Origin: Bacteroidota bacterium
GTDB lineage: Bacteria > Bacteroidota > Bacteroidia > SXHM01
Assembly: GCA_947479755.1 (NCBI GenBank)
Contig: CANKAM010000005.1
Span: forward strand, 52,187 to 116,186
Direction of reading: 5' to 3'
Length of the DNA stretch: 64,000 nucleotides
Made by a program: the position numbers and the translations under genes. Under the pieces are notes generated by a model. It had not been told where the DNA came from. It made no database searches and was given only the letters and a program-made list of their open reading frames with translations. Shown here one piece after another: positions 50,374-59,908 of the stretch. Each line of letters begins with the position of its first letter. Within the stretch, counting starts at the first letter, position 1.

Positions 50374-50385
50374 AATCGCAGTGAT

Positions 50386-50946
50386 CTATTTTTTCTGCAG
50401 TTCGTGACCGAACTTAGCACCGTTATTCTTAAACAGATTATAAAATTTCATGCTGTTATTCAGAGTTTGCATGAGGAATTTCTTGTCCTGTTCGTTTTCT
50501 GTTTCAAAGGCTTCCTCAAACGTTTTTTCGGTATCGTCCTGAACCCAATCCAAAAGTGTACGACCATCATCTTCAACAAAGTTCATGTTCACTTTCATAT
50601 CGTAAACAAGAAAGAAAGCAACATTTAATGCATTTTCCAGCACACATTTACGCAACATACTTCCACCTGAAAAACCAGGCTGTGGTTTGCAACGAATGCA
50701 GGCATAATTTGCCTGTGTCCAGATTTTAACTTTTTCTAATGAATTCTCTGCGCTGCGCTTCTGCAACTGAAATTTAACAAGCGATGCCTGATTATTTTCA
50801 ATATTGCTGCAAATATTTTTTTCAAAAATAGAACCAAGGTTACAGGGCACTGCCTGCTTTGCAGCAGCGGGTGTAGTAACAGCAGTTTGTGCCAACAGAG
50901 TTGAGGCACAAAAGAAAAATAATAAAAAATTAATTTGAAACGATTT
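50386..50946 (-). CDS. Secreted hypothetical protein with six Cys
   Basis: Probable start MKSFQINFLLFFFCASTLLAQ. No recognised domain. Confidence 0.45.
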   Translation of the reverse strand, partial: KSFQINFLLFFFCASTLLAQTAVTTPAAAKQAVPCNLGSIFEKNICSNIENNQASLVKFQLQKRSAENSLEKVKIWTQANYACIRCKPQPGFSGGSMLRKCVLENALNVAFFLVYDMKVNMNFVEDDGRTLLDWVQDDTEKTFEEAFETENEQDKKFLMQTLNNSMKFYNLFKNNGAKFGHELQKK

Positions 50947-50960
50947 CATTCGGGTTGCAA

Positions 50961-51974
50961 TCATACAATATTTACTTCACGCTCCAACGAAACGCCAAAT
51001 TTTTTCTGCACCGAATCCATCACTTCCTGAGAAAGATTGTAGAGCTCATCTCCGCTTGCTCCGCCATAATTAACCAAAACCAGAGCCTGATTTATATGCA
51101 CACCAAAATCATTTTTTCGATAACCCTTCCAGCCGCATTGTTCAATGAGCCAGCCGGCAGCCAGCTTCACTTCATTACCCGAAGTATAACCTACTACATT
51201 GGGAAATTCCTTTTTTATTTTCTCATACAGTTCTTGAGACACAACAGGATTTTTAAAAAAACTGCCGGCATTTCCTATTTGTTTCGGGTCTGGCAATTTG
51301 CTGCTGCGAATGTTGCACACAGCTTTGCTGATAGCAGCAATACTTAATTCCTTAACACCCATTTTCTCCAGTTCCTGCTCAATTGCTCCGTAACTGATGT
51401 TGAATTTTGGAATTTTATTAAGTCTGAAAGTAACAGAAGTAATGATAAATTGATTGCGGTGTTTATTTTTAAAAACACTTTCGCGGTAGCCGAAATTACA
51501 ATCTGCAGCAGAAAACTTCATCATTTCACCTGTAGTAATTTCCAACGCTTCCAATTCGTGAAAAACATCTTTTATTTCCAGTCCATAAGCACCGATATTC
51601 TGCATGGGACTTGCTCCCACATTTCCGGGAATAAGTGAAAGATTTTCAACTCCTGCATAATTATTTTCGATACAATGCAAGACAAAGCTGTGCCAGTTCT
51701 CACCCGCTCCAACCTTTACAAAAATATGTTCGGCATTTTCTGATGAAGCATCCATTCCTCTGAAATTATTTTTGATAACAATGCCATCAAAATCTTTGGT
51801 GAAAAGAATGTTGCTGCCTCCACCGAGAATCAGTTTGTCAGCCTTGACAAACTGATCGTCAGTGCATAACTCGCGCACGTCTTCTGCAGAATTAATTTCA
51901 GCAAAAAACCTGGCTATTGCTTCAATTCCGAAGGTGTTGTATTTTTTCAGAGAGAACTTTTCGCGGACTATCAT
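50961..51974 (-). CDS. murB: UDP-N-acetylenolpyruvoylglucosamine reductase
   Basis: FAD-binding N-terminal domain motifs (LKKYNTFGIEA, GGGSNILF) and the MurB C-terminal domain. Confidence 0.85.
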   Translation of the reverse strand: MIVREKFSLKKYNTFGIEAIARFFAEINSAEDVRELCTDDQFVKADKLILGGGSNILFTKDFDGIVIKNNFRGMDASSENAEHIFVKVGAGENWHSFVLHCIENNYAGVENLSLIPGNVGASPMQNIGAYGLEIKDVFHELEALEITTGEMMKFSAADCNFGYRESVFKNKHRNQFIITSVTFRLNKIPKFNISYGAIEQELEKMGVKELSIAAISKAVCNIRSSKLPDPKQIGNAGSFFKNPVVSQELYEKIKKEFPNVVGYTSGNEVKLAAGWLIEQCGWKGYRKNDFGVHINQALVLVNYGGASGDELYNLSQEVMDSVQKKFGVSLEREVNIV

Positions 51975-51998
51975 TCAGTAAAAATCTTGCGGACGAAA

Positions 51999-53252
51999 TT
52001 AACTATTAATGGAAGTTTTAAGTAATTTTTCAATCCCTTTAACTACTTGCTGAGTGGCGCCTTTCTTTGTATTCATGTATTCAGCAATTCGGGCTTTGAC
52101 AGCTCTATCACTACCTTTTACAAAAAAGAAGTCTGTAATTTTATTATTCATCTGTCGGAATTTTTCAATTGTAAAAGCCATGCTCAGATTTACCATTTCC
52201 ACTGCCTCATTAAACTTTTTGTAGTTAGGGCCAATAATTATTGGCACAGAAAAAGCTGCAGGCTCAAGAATATTGTGAATTCCTTTTCCAAAGCCACCGC
52301 CAACATATGCCACATCACCGTAGCGATAGAGCTGCGACAAAATTCCAATACTGTCAATGATCAGCACATCGACATCTGAAATATTGTTTTCATTCGCTTG
52401 TGAAAAACGCAATGATGAGACAGGGATATTTTCAATCAATTCAGCAATTCTATTGTCATCTGTTTCGTGTGGAGCAATAATATATTTCATTGTTTGCTTC
52501 CGTTTTTTAATCAGTTCAATTATAATCCGTTCATCCTCTTTCCAGGTGCTGCCTGCAACTATTGTAGTTGTAGTATTCTTAAATTTTTCAATCAATGGAA
52601 AATCAATCAGGTTTTCAGCTATTTGCATAACACGGTCAAAACGAGTGTCACCGCAAACTATTACATTGTTAAACTTAGCTTTACTCAGCAGTTTGCGTGA
52701 CGCTTCATCCTGAACATAAATGAGATTAATCTTAGATAAAATCCTGAGAAACCACTCGCCATATTCCTGAAAAAAGTATTGGTCTTTTCTGAAAACAGCA
52801 GAGAATACTACAACCGGAATATTATTTTTTTGCAACTCCTGAAGGTAATTAAACCAGAAATCGTACTTGGCAAAAACAGCAAGTACAGGCTTAATCAATT
52901 GAATGAATTCTTTTGCATTGGTAACAGTATCTGCAGGCAGGTAAAAAACATAATCTGCGCCAGAATAGGTTTTGCGAACCTCATAGCCTGAAGGAGAGAA
53001 AAATGTGAGCAGAATTTTAAAAGAAGGATTACGTTTCTTAAATAATTCAATCACCGGCAAAGCCTGCTCAAACTCGCCAAGTGACGCACAATGGAACCAG
53101 GCATTACTTTCTTCGGCATTTACCTTGCATTTTATTTCATCAAAAACAGATTTTCTGCCATCAACCCATTTGCGGGCTTTGCTGTTCCATAACGCTGCAA
53201 TGCGAATGGAAAGAGTGTAGAAGAAAATTGCAAGGTTGTATAGGATATTCAA
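51999..53252 (-). CDS. kdtA: 3-deoxy-D-manno-octulosonic acid (Kdo) transferase
   Basis: N-terminal WFHCASLGEFEQALP motif of Glycos_transf_N, followed by a GT-B C-terminal half. Confidence 0.8.
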   Translation of the reverse strand: MNILYNLAIFFYTLSIRIAALWNSKARKWVDGRKSVFDEIKCKVNAEESNAWFHCASLGEFEQALPVIELFKKRNPSFKILLTFFSPSGYEVRKTYSGADYVFYLPADTVTNAKEFIQLIKPVLAVFAKYDFWFNYLQELQKNNIPVVVFSAVFRKDQYFFQEYGEWFLRILSKINLIYVQDEASRKLLSKAKFNNVIVCGDTRFDRVMQIAENLIDFPLIEKFKNTTTTIVAGSTWKEDERIIIELIKKRKQTMKYIIAPHETDDNRIAELIENIPVSSLRFSQANENNISDVDVLIIDSIGILSQLYRYGDVAYVGGGFGKGIHNILEPAAFSVPIIIGPNYKKFNEAVEMVNLSMAFTIEKFRQMNNKITDFFFVKGSDRAVKARIAEYMNTKKGATQQVVKGIEKLLKTSINS

Positions 53253-53284
53253 TTGTTTCTCACAAAGGCGCAGAGGCGCAAAGT

Positions 53285-54040
53285 TTAGTAATAATAAGTT
53301 TTTCCGGCCCGTTTATAAAACGGAATTATAAACCCGATACGAATTCCGCAAAGAACATCGTAACGACTTTTGGTATCGCGCTGCATGGTATCCCAGTTAT
53401 AGCTTCTGCGGTTTTGAGTAAACGCTTGTGTGAACTCAAAGCCGCCATAAAAATTCATCAGTCGCTTATTCCCGAGAAACATATATCCGAGAAAATGATC
53501 CAGCAGAAATCCGTTGGTCAGTCGGTCATATCCTTTCTTGGTTTCTTTTGTTAGTTGTGGTGCGGTGTTATTGGCAATATCAAAGCGAATTTTGTGCTGC
53601 ATAAAACCTGCTCCCGTTGTAAAAATTATTCCTGAATTTTTGTTTGGTTTTCCAAGCGGGAATATTTTTCCGATTTTAGCACAAGTGGTATACCCTCTTT
53701 CTGAAATAGCAATGTCGGCATATTGTCCATCCTGACCAATAATTTCACCTTGATTGGTTTTCATTCCGTCAAGAATACTGCTCTCCTTTATATCTGATCC
53801 GAAGATAAAATGAAAGTCGGCACCAAAAACCCAGTTCTTTTTGTTCTTGACCATAAAATCAGCTCCAACACTTGAGCTAACTCCGAAACGATCTTTCATA
53901 TCACCGGCTGGAATTTGAAACGCATAAGAAAAACAAAACATGGGAGCTGTTACAATGCTGTCCTTTAGGTTCAGTTGCGCAAGCGAAGTAAAAGAGTGGG
54001 AAAGTGAGAAGGTGAGAAAGAGTAAAACTGCTTTTTTCAT
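53285..54040 (-). CDS. Putative outer-membrane beta-barrel protein of unknown function
   Basis: Signal peptide, alternating hydrophobic beta-strand pattern, and an aromatic-rich C-terminus (KTYYY). Confidence 0.4.
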   Translation of the reverse strand: MKKAVLLFLTFSLSHSFTSLAQLNLKDSIVTAPMFCFSYAFQIPAGDMKDRFGVSSSVGADFMVKNKKNWVFGADFHFIFGSDIKESSILDGMKTNQGEIIGQDGQYADIAISERGYTTCAKIGKIFPLGKPNKNSGIIFTTGAGFMQHKIRFDIANNTAPQLTKETKKGYDRLTNGFLLDHFLGYMFLGNKRLMNFYGGFEFTQAFTQNRRSYNWDTMQRDTKSRYDVLCGIRIGFIIPFYKRAGKTYYY

Positions 54041-54090
54041 TGCAGCGCAAAGCTAATAGAAATCTATGTTCACGAAAAGAGAAAGAATTA

Positions 54091-54098
54091 TACTTTTG
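54091..54098 (+). promoter_or_regulatory. Putative -7 element TACTTTTG for the GH13 gene
   Basis: Matches the TAnnTTTG consensus, 18 nt upstream of the ATG at 54117. Confidence 0.3.
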
Positions 54099-54116
54099 AA
54101 AACCTTACTTCGATAA

Positions 54117-55802
54117 ATGAGCCTCATTAAAATAAGATTTTCAATCGCCATAATTTTTCTGTTCTTCCTGGTTAGCATCAGTTCCGCTCAACCCTGGTAT
54201 CAACAGACTACCATTTACCAAATTTATCCCCGCTCCTACTACGATACCAATGGTGATGGCATTGGCGATATAAAAGGCATTATTCAAAAACTAGACTACA
54301 TCCAATCACTGGGCTTTGAAACCATCTGGTGCTCACCGTTCTTTGGTTCACCACAGAAAGATTTCGGGTACGATATTTCTAACTACACCGACATAGCGCC
54401 TGAATACGGAACATTGGAAGATGCACAAACATTAGTAAATGAAGTACACAAACGCGGAATGAAAATCGTGTTTGATATGGTGATGAATCACACCTCGGAT
54501 GAAAATCCATGGTTCAAAGAATCGGCTGCTTCTAAAAATAATTCGAAGGCAGACTGGTATATCTGGCGGGATAAACCTAACAGATGGAAATCGGCTTTGA
54601 AACAAAAAGGCTGGCACTATTCCAAAGAGCGCGACCAATATTACTGGGCTAGTTTTCTGCCTTTTCAGCCTGATTTGAATTACCGCAACCCGGAAGTGAA
54701 AGAAGCCATGTTTGGAGTCGTGAAATTCTGGCTTGGCAAAGGTGTTGATGGTTTCCGGTTGGATATGTTCAACTCTATTTACAAGGATTCTATTTTCCGC
54801 AACAACGCTGCATCACGCAAGGCAGTAATGAAAAAACACGATGCAAAAGAATACCGCAAAACCATCAAAGGTATTACCAATCAACCCGAAAGTTTCGGCT
54901 TTGCAAAAGAGTTGCGTGCCGTTTGTGATTCATTCGGAGATAAAGTATTGCTGGGCGAAGTATTCGGAAACCACCAGATGATAAGGCGTTTTCTGGGCGA
55001 AGAAAAGAATGACGGAATTGGACTTGCTTTTGAATTTGAAATGCTGCGCTTCAAATTCAAGGCAAACTATTTTCACGAATTAATTGAAAGCATGGAAAAA
55101 GATTTCCCTGCGCCCTTCAATCCCGTTTACGTGTTCAGCAACCATGACCGCAGACGCATGGCAAGGCGACTGAAAGGTAACCTGGATAAAGCAAAACTTA
55201 TCCATCTTTTACAATTCAGTGCAAGAGGAACACCCTGCTTTTATTATGGTGAAGAAATAGGTATGACCGATGTGCGCATGCCCTACCGCAAAGCGCTAGA
55301 CCCTGTGGCACATTTATATCCCGGGCTGCCTCGTTTTCTGGTTGACATGGCAGGAGAAACCATGAACCGCGATGAAATGCGGACACCAATGCAATGGGAT
55401 AGCACAAAAAACGCAGGCTTCTCAACTGCGGATAAAACCTGGCTTCCGGTTGGAGAAAATTACAAAATCGTAAATACTGAAACAGAAAAAGCTGATGAAA
55501 ACTCCATGCTTAATTTCATCAGCAAATTGGTTGAACTGCGCAACAACCACCCTGCCCTGCAAAGCGGAAAGATGGAACTTATTCCTGCGAAAGAACTTCC
55601 TCAAAATGTGTTGGGTTATTACAGAACAGATGCAAAGGAAAAACTAGCAGTTCTGATAAATTTCAGCAAACAGGAGAAACAATTTCAATTAAAGGAAGAG
55701 CCTACGCGCAAATTACTTTCAACAGAACCAAACATATCTGAACAGCCTGATAAATCAATTATCCTAAAACCTTTTTCAGGTATACTTGTTTTAATGAAAT
55801 AA
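54117..55802 (+). CDS. GH13 alpha-amylase-family glycoside hydrolase (alpha-glucosidase/oligo-1,6-glucosidase-like) with signal peptide
   Basis: QTTIYQIYPRSYYDTNGDGIGDIKGI N-terminal GH13 signature, then GVDGFRLDM (catalytic Asp) and FSNHD motifs. Confidence 0.85.
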   Translation: MSLIKIRFSIAIIFLFFLVSISSAQPWYQQTTIYQIYPRSYYDTNGDGIGDIKGIIQKLDYIQSLGFETIWCSPFFGSPQKDFGYDISNYTDIAPEYGTLEDAQTLVNEVHKRGMKIVFDMVMNHTSDENPWFKESAASKNNSKADWYIWRDKPNRWKSALKQKGWHYSKERDQYYWASFLPFQPDLNYRNPEVKEAMFGVVKFWLGKGVDGFRLDMFNSIYKDSIFRNNAASRKAVMKKHDAKEYRKTIKGITNQPESFGFAKELRAVCDSFGDKVLLGEVFGNHQMIRRFLGEEKNDGIGLAFEFEMLRFKFKANYFHELIESMEKDFPAPFNPVYVFSNHDRRRMARRLKGNLDKAKLIHLLQFSARGTPCFYYGEEIGMTDVRMPYRKALDPVAHLYPGLPRFLVDMAGETMNRDEMRTPMQWDSTKNAGFSTADKTWLPVGENYKIVNTETEKADENSMLNFISKLVELRNNHPALQSGKMELIPAKELPQNVLGYYRTDAKEKLAVLINFSKQEKQFQLKEEPTRKLLSTEPNISEQPDKSIILKPFSGILVLMK

Positions 55803-55852
55803 GCCTGATTTTATTCATCAAAAAAATCCGCTTTTTTACTTTCATAAATTAT

Positions 55853-55860
55853 TAGCTTTG
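55853..55860 (+). promoter_or_regulatory. Putative -7 element TAGCTTTG for etfB-etfA
   Basis: Matches TAnnTTTG, 37 nt upstream of the ATG at 55898. Confidence 0.3.
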
Positions 55861-55897
55861 CACCCGTTTTAAAAAAATCTTTAACAAAATTCAAGCA

Positions 55898-56638
55898 ATG
55901 AAAATATTAGTCTGCATCAGCAAAGTGCCTGACACCACCACAAAAATTTCCTTCGTTGATAACGATACAAAATTCAATGAAGATAAAGTTCAGTTTATCG
56001 TAAATCCTTATGATGAGTGGTATGCGCTTGTGCGTGCACTTGAGCTCACCGAAAAACAAGGTGGAACTATTACTATCATCAATGTTGGTCCAGCTGACAA
56101 CGACCAGATTATCCGCAAAGCATTGGCAATTGGCGCTAACGATTCAGTTAGAATTGACGGCAATAGCAACGAATCATTTTATGTGGCTTCGCAAATTGCA
56201 GAATATGCAAAAACACAGGGCTACGACATCGTTATGACCGGAAAAGAAACCATTGATTACAATGGCGCAGAAGTAGGCGGTATGATTGCCGAACTGATGG
56301 GAGTTCCTTACGTTTCTCATGCAAGCACACTGGATGTTGATGGCGGAAAAGCAACTATGAAACGAAACATTGAAGGCGGTTACGAAACCGTAGAAGTTAC
56401 CGGAACATTTGTAGTAAGCTGCCAGAAAGGAATGGCTGAAGCACGTATCCCCAACATGCGCGGAATTATGGCGGCACGCACAAAACCATTGACAATAGTA
56501 GCTCCTGTAAACGTTGCTCAACTAACTTCTATAAAAGTATTCACCTTGCCGCCTGCAAAAGCTGCGGTTAAATTGATCAGCCCTGATAATGTTGCTGAAC
56601 TGGTGAATTTGTTGCACACGGAAGCAAAAGTGATATAA
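55898..56638 (+). CDS. etfB: Electron transfer flavoprotein beta subunit
   Basis: MKILVCISKVPDTT N-terminus, 246 aa, followed by etfA. Confidence 0.9.
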   Translation: MKILVCISKVPDTTTKISFVDNDTKFNEDKVQFIVNPYDEWYALVRALELTEKQGGTITIINVGPADNDQIIRKALAIGANDSVRIDGNSNESFYVASQIAEYAKTQGYDIVMTGKETIDYNGAEVGGMIAELMGVPYVSHASTLDVDGGKATMKRNIEGGYETVEVTGTFVVSCQKGMAEARIPNMRGIMAARTKPLTIVAPVNVAQLTSIKVFTLPPAKAAVKLISPDNVAELVNLLHTEAKVI

Positions 56639-56651
56639 GAAGCCCCACCAA

Positions 56652-56668
56652 CCTCCCCAAAGGGGAGG
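56652..56668 (+). other. Short GC-rich hairpin CCTCCCC-AAA-GGGGAGG between etfB and etfA
   Basis: Perfect 7-bp inverted repeat at 56652-58 and 56662-68, similar to the hairpin at 53-77. Possible intercistronic stem-loop. Confidence 0.4.
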
Positions 56669-56731
56669 CTTGCAAAACCGCCTAAATAACAGACTTTAAA
56701 CATTAAACTTTACAACTTTAAACTAAATAAA

Positions 56732-57709
56732 ATGTCAGTTTTAATATACGCAGACACCATCAACGGAAAAGTAAAAAAATCATCACTGGAAGCAATTCAC
56801 TATGGAAGCAAAGTGGCTTCATTGTTAGGAACCAACGCAGTTGCTTTGGTGGTTAACTCTTCTGATAACCTTGCTGAACTTGGAAAATACGGAGCAGCAA
56901 AAGTTCTGAAAATAACCAACGATAAACTTAACGCATTCGACCCGCAACTGTTGACTGCTGCCATTGCACAGGCTGCAAATTCAGCAGGAGCAAAAGTGGT
57001 GGTGTTCGCACACGACTCAACCGGAAAATCATTGGCATCACGCCTTTCGGCTCGCTCAAAAGCAGGACTGGTAAGCGGTGCAACTTCATTGCCCAACCTT
57101 GATGGCGGAAATTTTATCCTCCGTAAAAATGTTTTCTCGGGTAAAGCATATGCAGATATAAACATCCTTACCGATGAGAAAGTAATCTCTTTAATGCCTA
57201 ACTCATTCCCTGTAGTAGCAACCGATGCAAGCGCAGAAGTAGCTGATTTCAGTGCCGACCTGAGTGCAATAAATTCAACATTAGTGGTAAAAGAAGTAAA
57301 CCGTGCTTCAGCAGCCGGAGTAGCTCCGCTGCCCGAAGCAGAACTGGTAGTAAGCGCAGGGCGCGGAATGAAAGGTCCTGAGAATTGGGGAATGATTGAA
57401 GAACTTGCCACTTTATTAGGTGCAACCACTGCCTGCTCACGCCCTGTAGCCGATATCGGTTGGAGACCACACCACGAGCACGTAGGACAAACCGGTATCG
57501 CTATCCGTCCTAACTTATACATTGCTATCGGAATTTCGGGAGCTATACAACACCTTGCGGGTGTAAACCAAAGCAAAGTGATTGTAGTCATCAACAAAGA
57601 TCCTGAAGCGCCTTTCTTTAAAGCAGCAGACTACGGAATTGTAGGTGATGCTTTTGAAGTAGTTCCTAAACTGATTGAGGCATTCAAGACACTGAAAGCA
57701 AATAATTAA
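56732..57709 (+). CDS. etfA: Electron transfer flavoprotein alpha subunit
   Basis: 325 aa with a C-terminal FAD-binding region (SGAIQHLAG, VINKDPEAP). Confidence 0.9.
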   Translation: MSVLIYADTINGKVKKSSLEAIHYGSKVASLLGTNAVALVVNSSDNLAELGKYGAAKVLKITNDKLNAFDPQLLTAAIAQAANSAGAKVVVFAHDSTGKSLASRLSARSKAGLVSGATSLPNLDGGNFILRKNVFSGKAYADINILTDEKVISLMPNSFPVVATDASAEVADFSADLSAINSTLVVKEVNRASAAGVAPLPEAELVVSAGRGMKGPENWGMIEELATLLGATTACSRPVADIGWRPHHEHVGQTGIAIRPNLYIAIGISGAIQHLAGVNQSKVIVVINKDPEAPFFKAADYGIVGDAFEVVPKLIEAFKTLKANN

Positions 57710-57718
57710 ACTTATTCA

Positions 57719-57765
57719 CCACAGATTACACAGATTAGCGCAGATTTAATTTGTGTAATCTGTGG
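57719..57765 (+). other. Perfect 14-bp inverted repeat CCACAGATTACACA / TGTGTAATCTGTGG with a 19-nt loop
   Basis: Arms at 57719-57732 and 57752-57765. The loop and left arm contain three direct CAGATT repeats. Lies between etfA and the downstream nuclease gene. Confidence 0.5.
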
Positions 57766-57805
57766 CAAAAACACTACTTTAGATTCTGCTTTCTGCAACT
57801 GCCGA

Positions 57806-58417
57806 ATGGAAAAGACAAAAATAAAATTAGACATCATCGGTTTATCCTACAGCCAGACACAATCCGGTGCTTATGCGCTTGTATTGGGTGAAGCAGAAGG
57901 CAAAAGACGATTACCTATTATTATTGGCGGACCCGAGGCACAATCCATTGCCATTGAACTGGAGAAGATGCAGCCCACCCGTCCGCTTACACACGACCTT
58001 TTTAAATCTTTTTCTGAAGCCTTTAATATCAAAGTGATTGAAGTGGTGATTTACAACTTAGTGGAAGGGATTTTTTATGCCAATCTTGTTTGTCAGAATG
58101 AATTGGGCGAAGTGCAGGAAATTGATTCACGCACATCCGATGCTATTGCACTGGCAACACGTTTTAACTGTCCGGTTTACACGTATGAGTTTATTCTTTC
58201 TTCGGCAGGAATAATTATGGAAAACGATGGTGCTTTTGCCGAAACCGAAAAAGCAGAAAAGAAAACACCCAAAGCCGGCAAAGGCGATAAGGGTGATAAA
58301 TACTCAGAGATAACTACCAGTGAGTTGGAGACGATGCTGAAAGAAGCCATTGAAGACGAGGCTTACGAAAAGGCAGGACGCATAAAGCAGGAGTTGGATA
58401 AACGCCAGCAATCGTAA
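57806..58417 (+). CDS. Bifunctional nuclease family protein (BFN/DUF151) with a C-terminal UVR motif
   Basis: Conserved etfBA-BFN arrangement. C-terminal helical UvrB/UvrC-type region ELETMLKEAIEDEAYEKAGRIKQEL. Confidence 0.7.
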   Translation: MEKTKIKLDIIGLSYSQTQSGAYALVLGEAEGKRRLPIIIGGPEAQSIAIELEKMQPTRPLTHDLFKSFSEAFNIKVIEVVIYNLVEGIFYANLVCQNELGEVQEIDSRTSDAIALATRFNCPVYTYEFILSSAGIIMENDGAFAETEKAEKKTPKAGKGDKGDKYSEITTSELETMLKEAIEDEAYEKAGRIKQELDKRQQS

Positions 58418-58418
58418 T

Positions 58419-58535
58419 CCGTCATTGCGATCCGCCTGAGGCGGAGAAGCAATCTCCTGATTGAAATACTACATTTATTATGAGATTGCTTCTGGCGCGA
58501 AAAGCGCCCTCGCAATGACGAGAAGCCGCAATGAC
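58419..58535. repeat. Roughly 100-nt composite palindromic element (CGTCATTGCGA ... TCGCAATGACG with an inner GAGAAGCAATCTC / GAGATTGCTTCT stem), then a further CGCAATGACG direct copy
   Basis: Sits in the convergent intergenic region between the nuclease gene and the NupC-like gene. Likely a bidirectional terminator or repetitive-extragenic-palindrome-like element. Confidence 0.5.
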
Positions 58536-58536
58536 G

Positions 58537-59769
58537 TTAACTGATTATCCCCGCAATAGTAGCAGACAGATACGAAGCCAGCGTTCCGCAGAACAAGGCC
58601 CTCATGCCCAGTTTGGCAAGGTCGGCCCTGCGCTCAGGGGCTAAGGCACCGATGCCGCCAATCTGCATACCCACGCTGCTGAAATTGGCGAAACCGCAAA
58701 TAGCAATACTGATAATGAGCAATCCTTTTTCGCTGACAACCGGAACGGCATTGCTTGTTAAATTCTTGAAGGCCACAAATTCATTCACGGTAAGTTTTTG
58801 TCCCAACAGGGTTGCGGCATTGTTTACATCTTCCATAGGAATACCCATGCTCCAGGCAAAAGGGAAAAACAGTTTCCCGAAAATATAATCCAGTGTAAGT
58901 CCGTCCCAAAGGTGGCCGAGCGACCAGTTAATCATTGCAATCAGTGCAATAAAACCAATGAGCATGGCTATCACATTCATGGAGATTTTAAAACCTTCGG
59001 CAGCACCGTGACTGATGGCATCAATCAGGTTGCTGTATTCGCTTTTCACTTCCAGCTTTACGTTGCCCATGGTTTGTGATTCCTCTGTTTCGGGGAACAC
59101 AATTTTGGAGATAACCAAGGCACCGGGTGCTGCCATCAAGCTGGCAGCAATCAGGTATTCGGCCTTCGCGCCCATGTTGGCATACACAATCAGGATACCA
59201 CCGGCAATGCAGGCAAGACTTCCGCTCATGGAAGCAAGCAACTCGCTCTTGGTCATTCCTGAAAGATAAGGGCGTATCATTACCTGCGCTTCCACCTGCC
59301 CCACAAAGGCACTGGCTACATTGCTCAGCGCCTCGGCACCGCTAACGCGCATAATGAAGTTCATGGCTTTGGCAATCACCGAAACCACGCGCTGCATAAA
59401 ACCGATATGGTAAAGTATGGCAACAAGAATACAAACCAGAATAATGGTGGCGGTGATATTAAACGCAAAAACAAAAATGCCGGGACTGCCGTAATTCTGC
59501 ACCTCACCAGTATATTTTACTGCAGCAATGCCTCCATAGGCAAAGTTGGCGCCCTCTTTGGCAAACTGTTCTATCTTTTCCATGCCCTTGCCAAGCATCT
59601 GGAAAAAGCGGGTAACGGGTGGTATCTTAAGCACCAGCACCGCAATCAGCACTTGCAGCGCAACACCGCTCAACACCAGGCGGTAGTTGATGGCCTTACG
59701 GTTGTTGGAAAACAAAAACGCGAGTAGAAAAATTAAAGCTATGCCGACTAAACCTTGAAAACGTTCCAT
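58537..59769 (-). CDS. Concentrative nucleoside transporter (NupC/CNT family)
   Basis: 410 aa polytopic membrane protein with the characteristic N-terminus MERFQGLVGIALIFLLAFLFSNNRKAINYRLV and C-terminal CNT motifs. Confidence 0.75.
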   Translation of the reverse strand: MERFQGLVGIALIFLLAFLFSNNRKAINYRLVLSGVALQVLIAVLVLKIPPVTRFFQMLGKGMEKIEQFAKEGANFAYGGIAAVKYTGEVQNYGSPGIFVFAFNITATIILVCILVAILYHIGFMQRVVSVIAKAMNFIMRVSGAEALSNVASAFVGQVEAQVMIRPYLSGMTKSELLASMSGSLACIAGGILIVYANMGAKAEYLIAASLMAAPGALVISKIVFPETEESQTMGNVKLEVKSEYSNLIDAISHGAAEGFKISMNVIAMLIGFIALIAMINWSLGHLWDGLTLDYIFGKLFFPFAWSMGIPMEDVNNAATLLGQKLTVNEFVAFKNLTSNAVPVVSEKGLLIISIAICGFANFSSVGMQIGGIGALAPERRADLAKLGMRALFCGTLASYLSATIAGIIS

Positions 59770-59908
59770 ATATATTGATTGGGGTTGGGAGAGCCAAAGA
59801 TATATTTTTCTTTAGTTTGTCACCCTGAGCATAGTCGAAGGGTTTTAACACAGAGGGCACGGAGAAGGCACAGAGGTGCACAGAGGAAATAAATTAGTTT
59901 AATTTTGG

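Noticed and set aside
53081-53554. 157-aa plus-strand ORF spanning the kdtA / outer-membrane-protein junction
   Set aside because: It overlaps two well-supported minus-strand genes in antisense, with no motifs.
56800-57597. 265-aa minus-strand ORF
   Set aside because: Entirely antisense to etfA, which has strong canonical motifs. It is an Ala/Ser-rich artefact of GC-rich codons.
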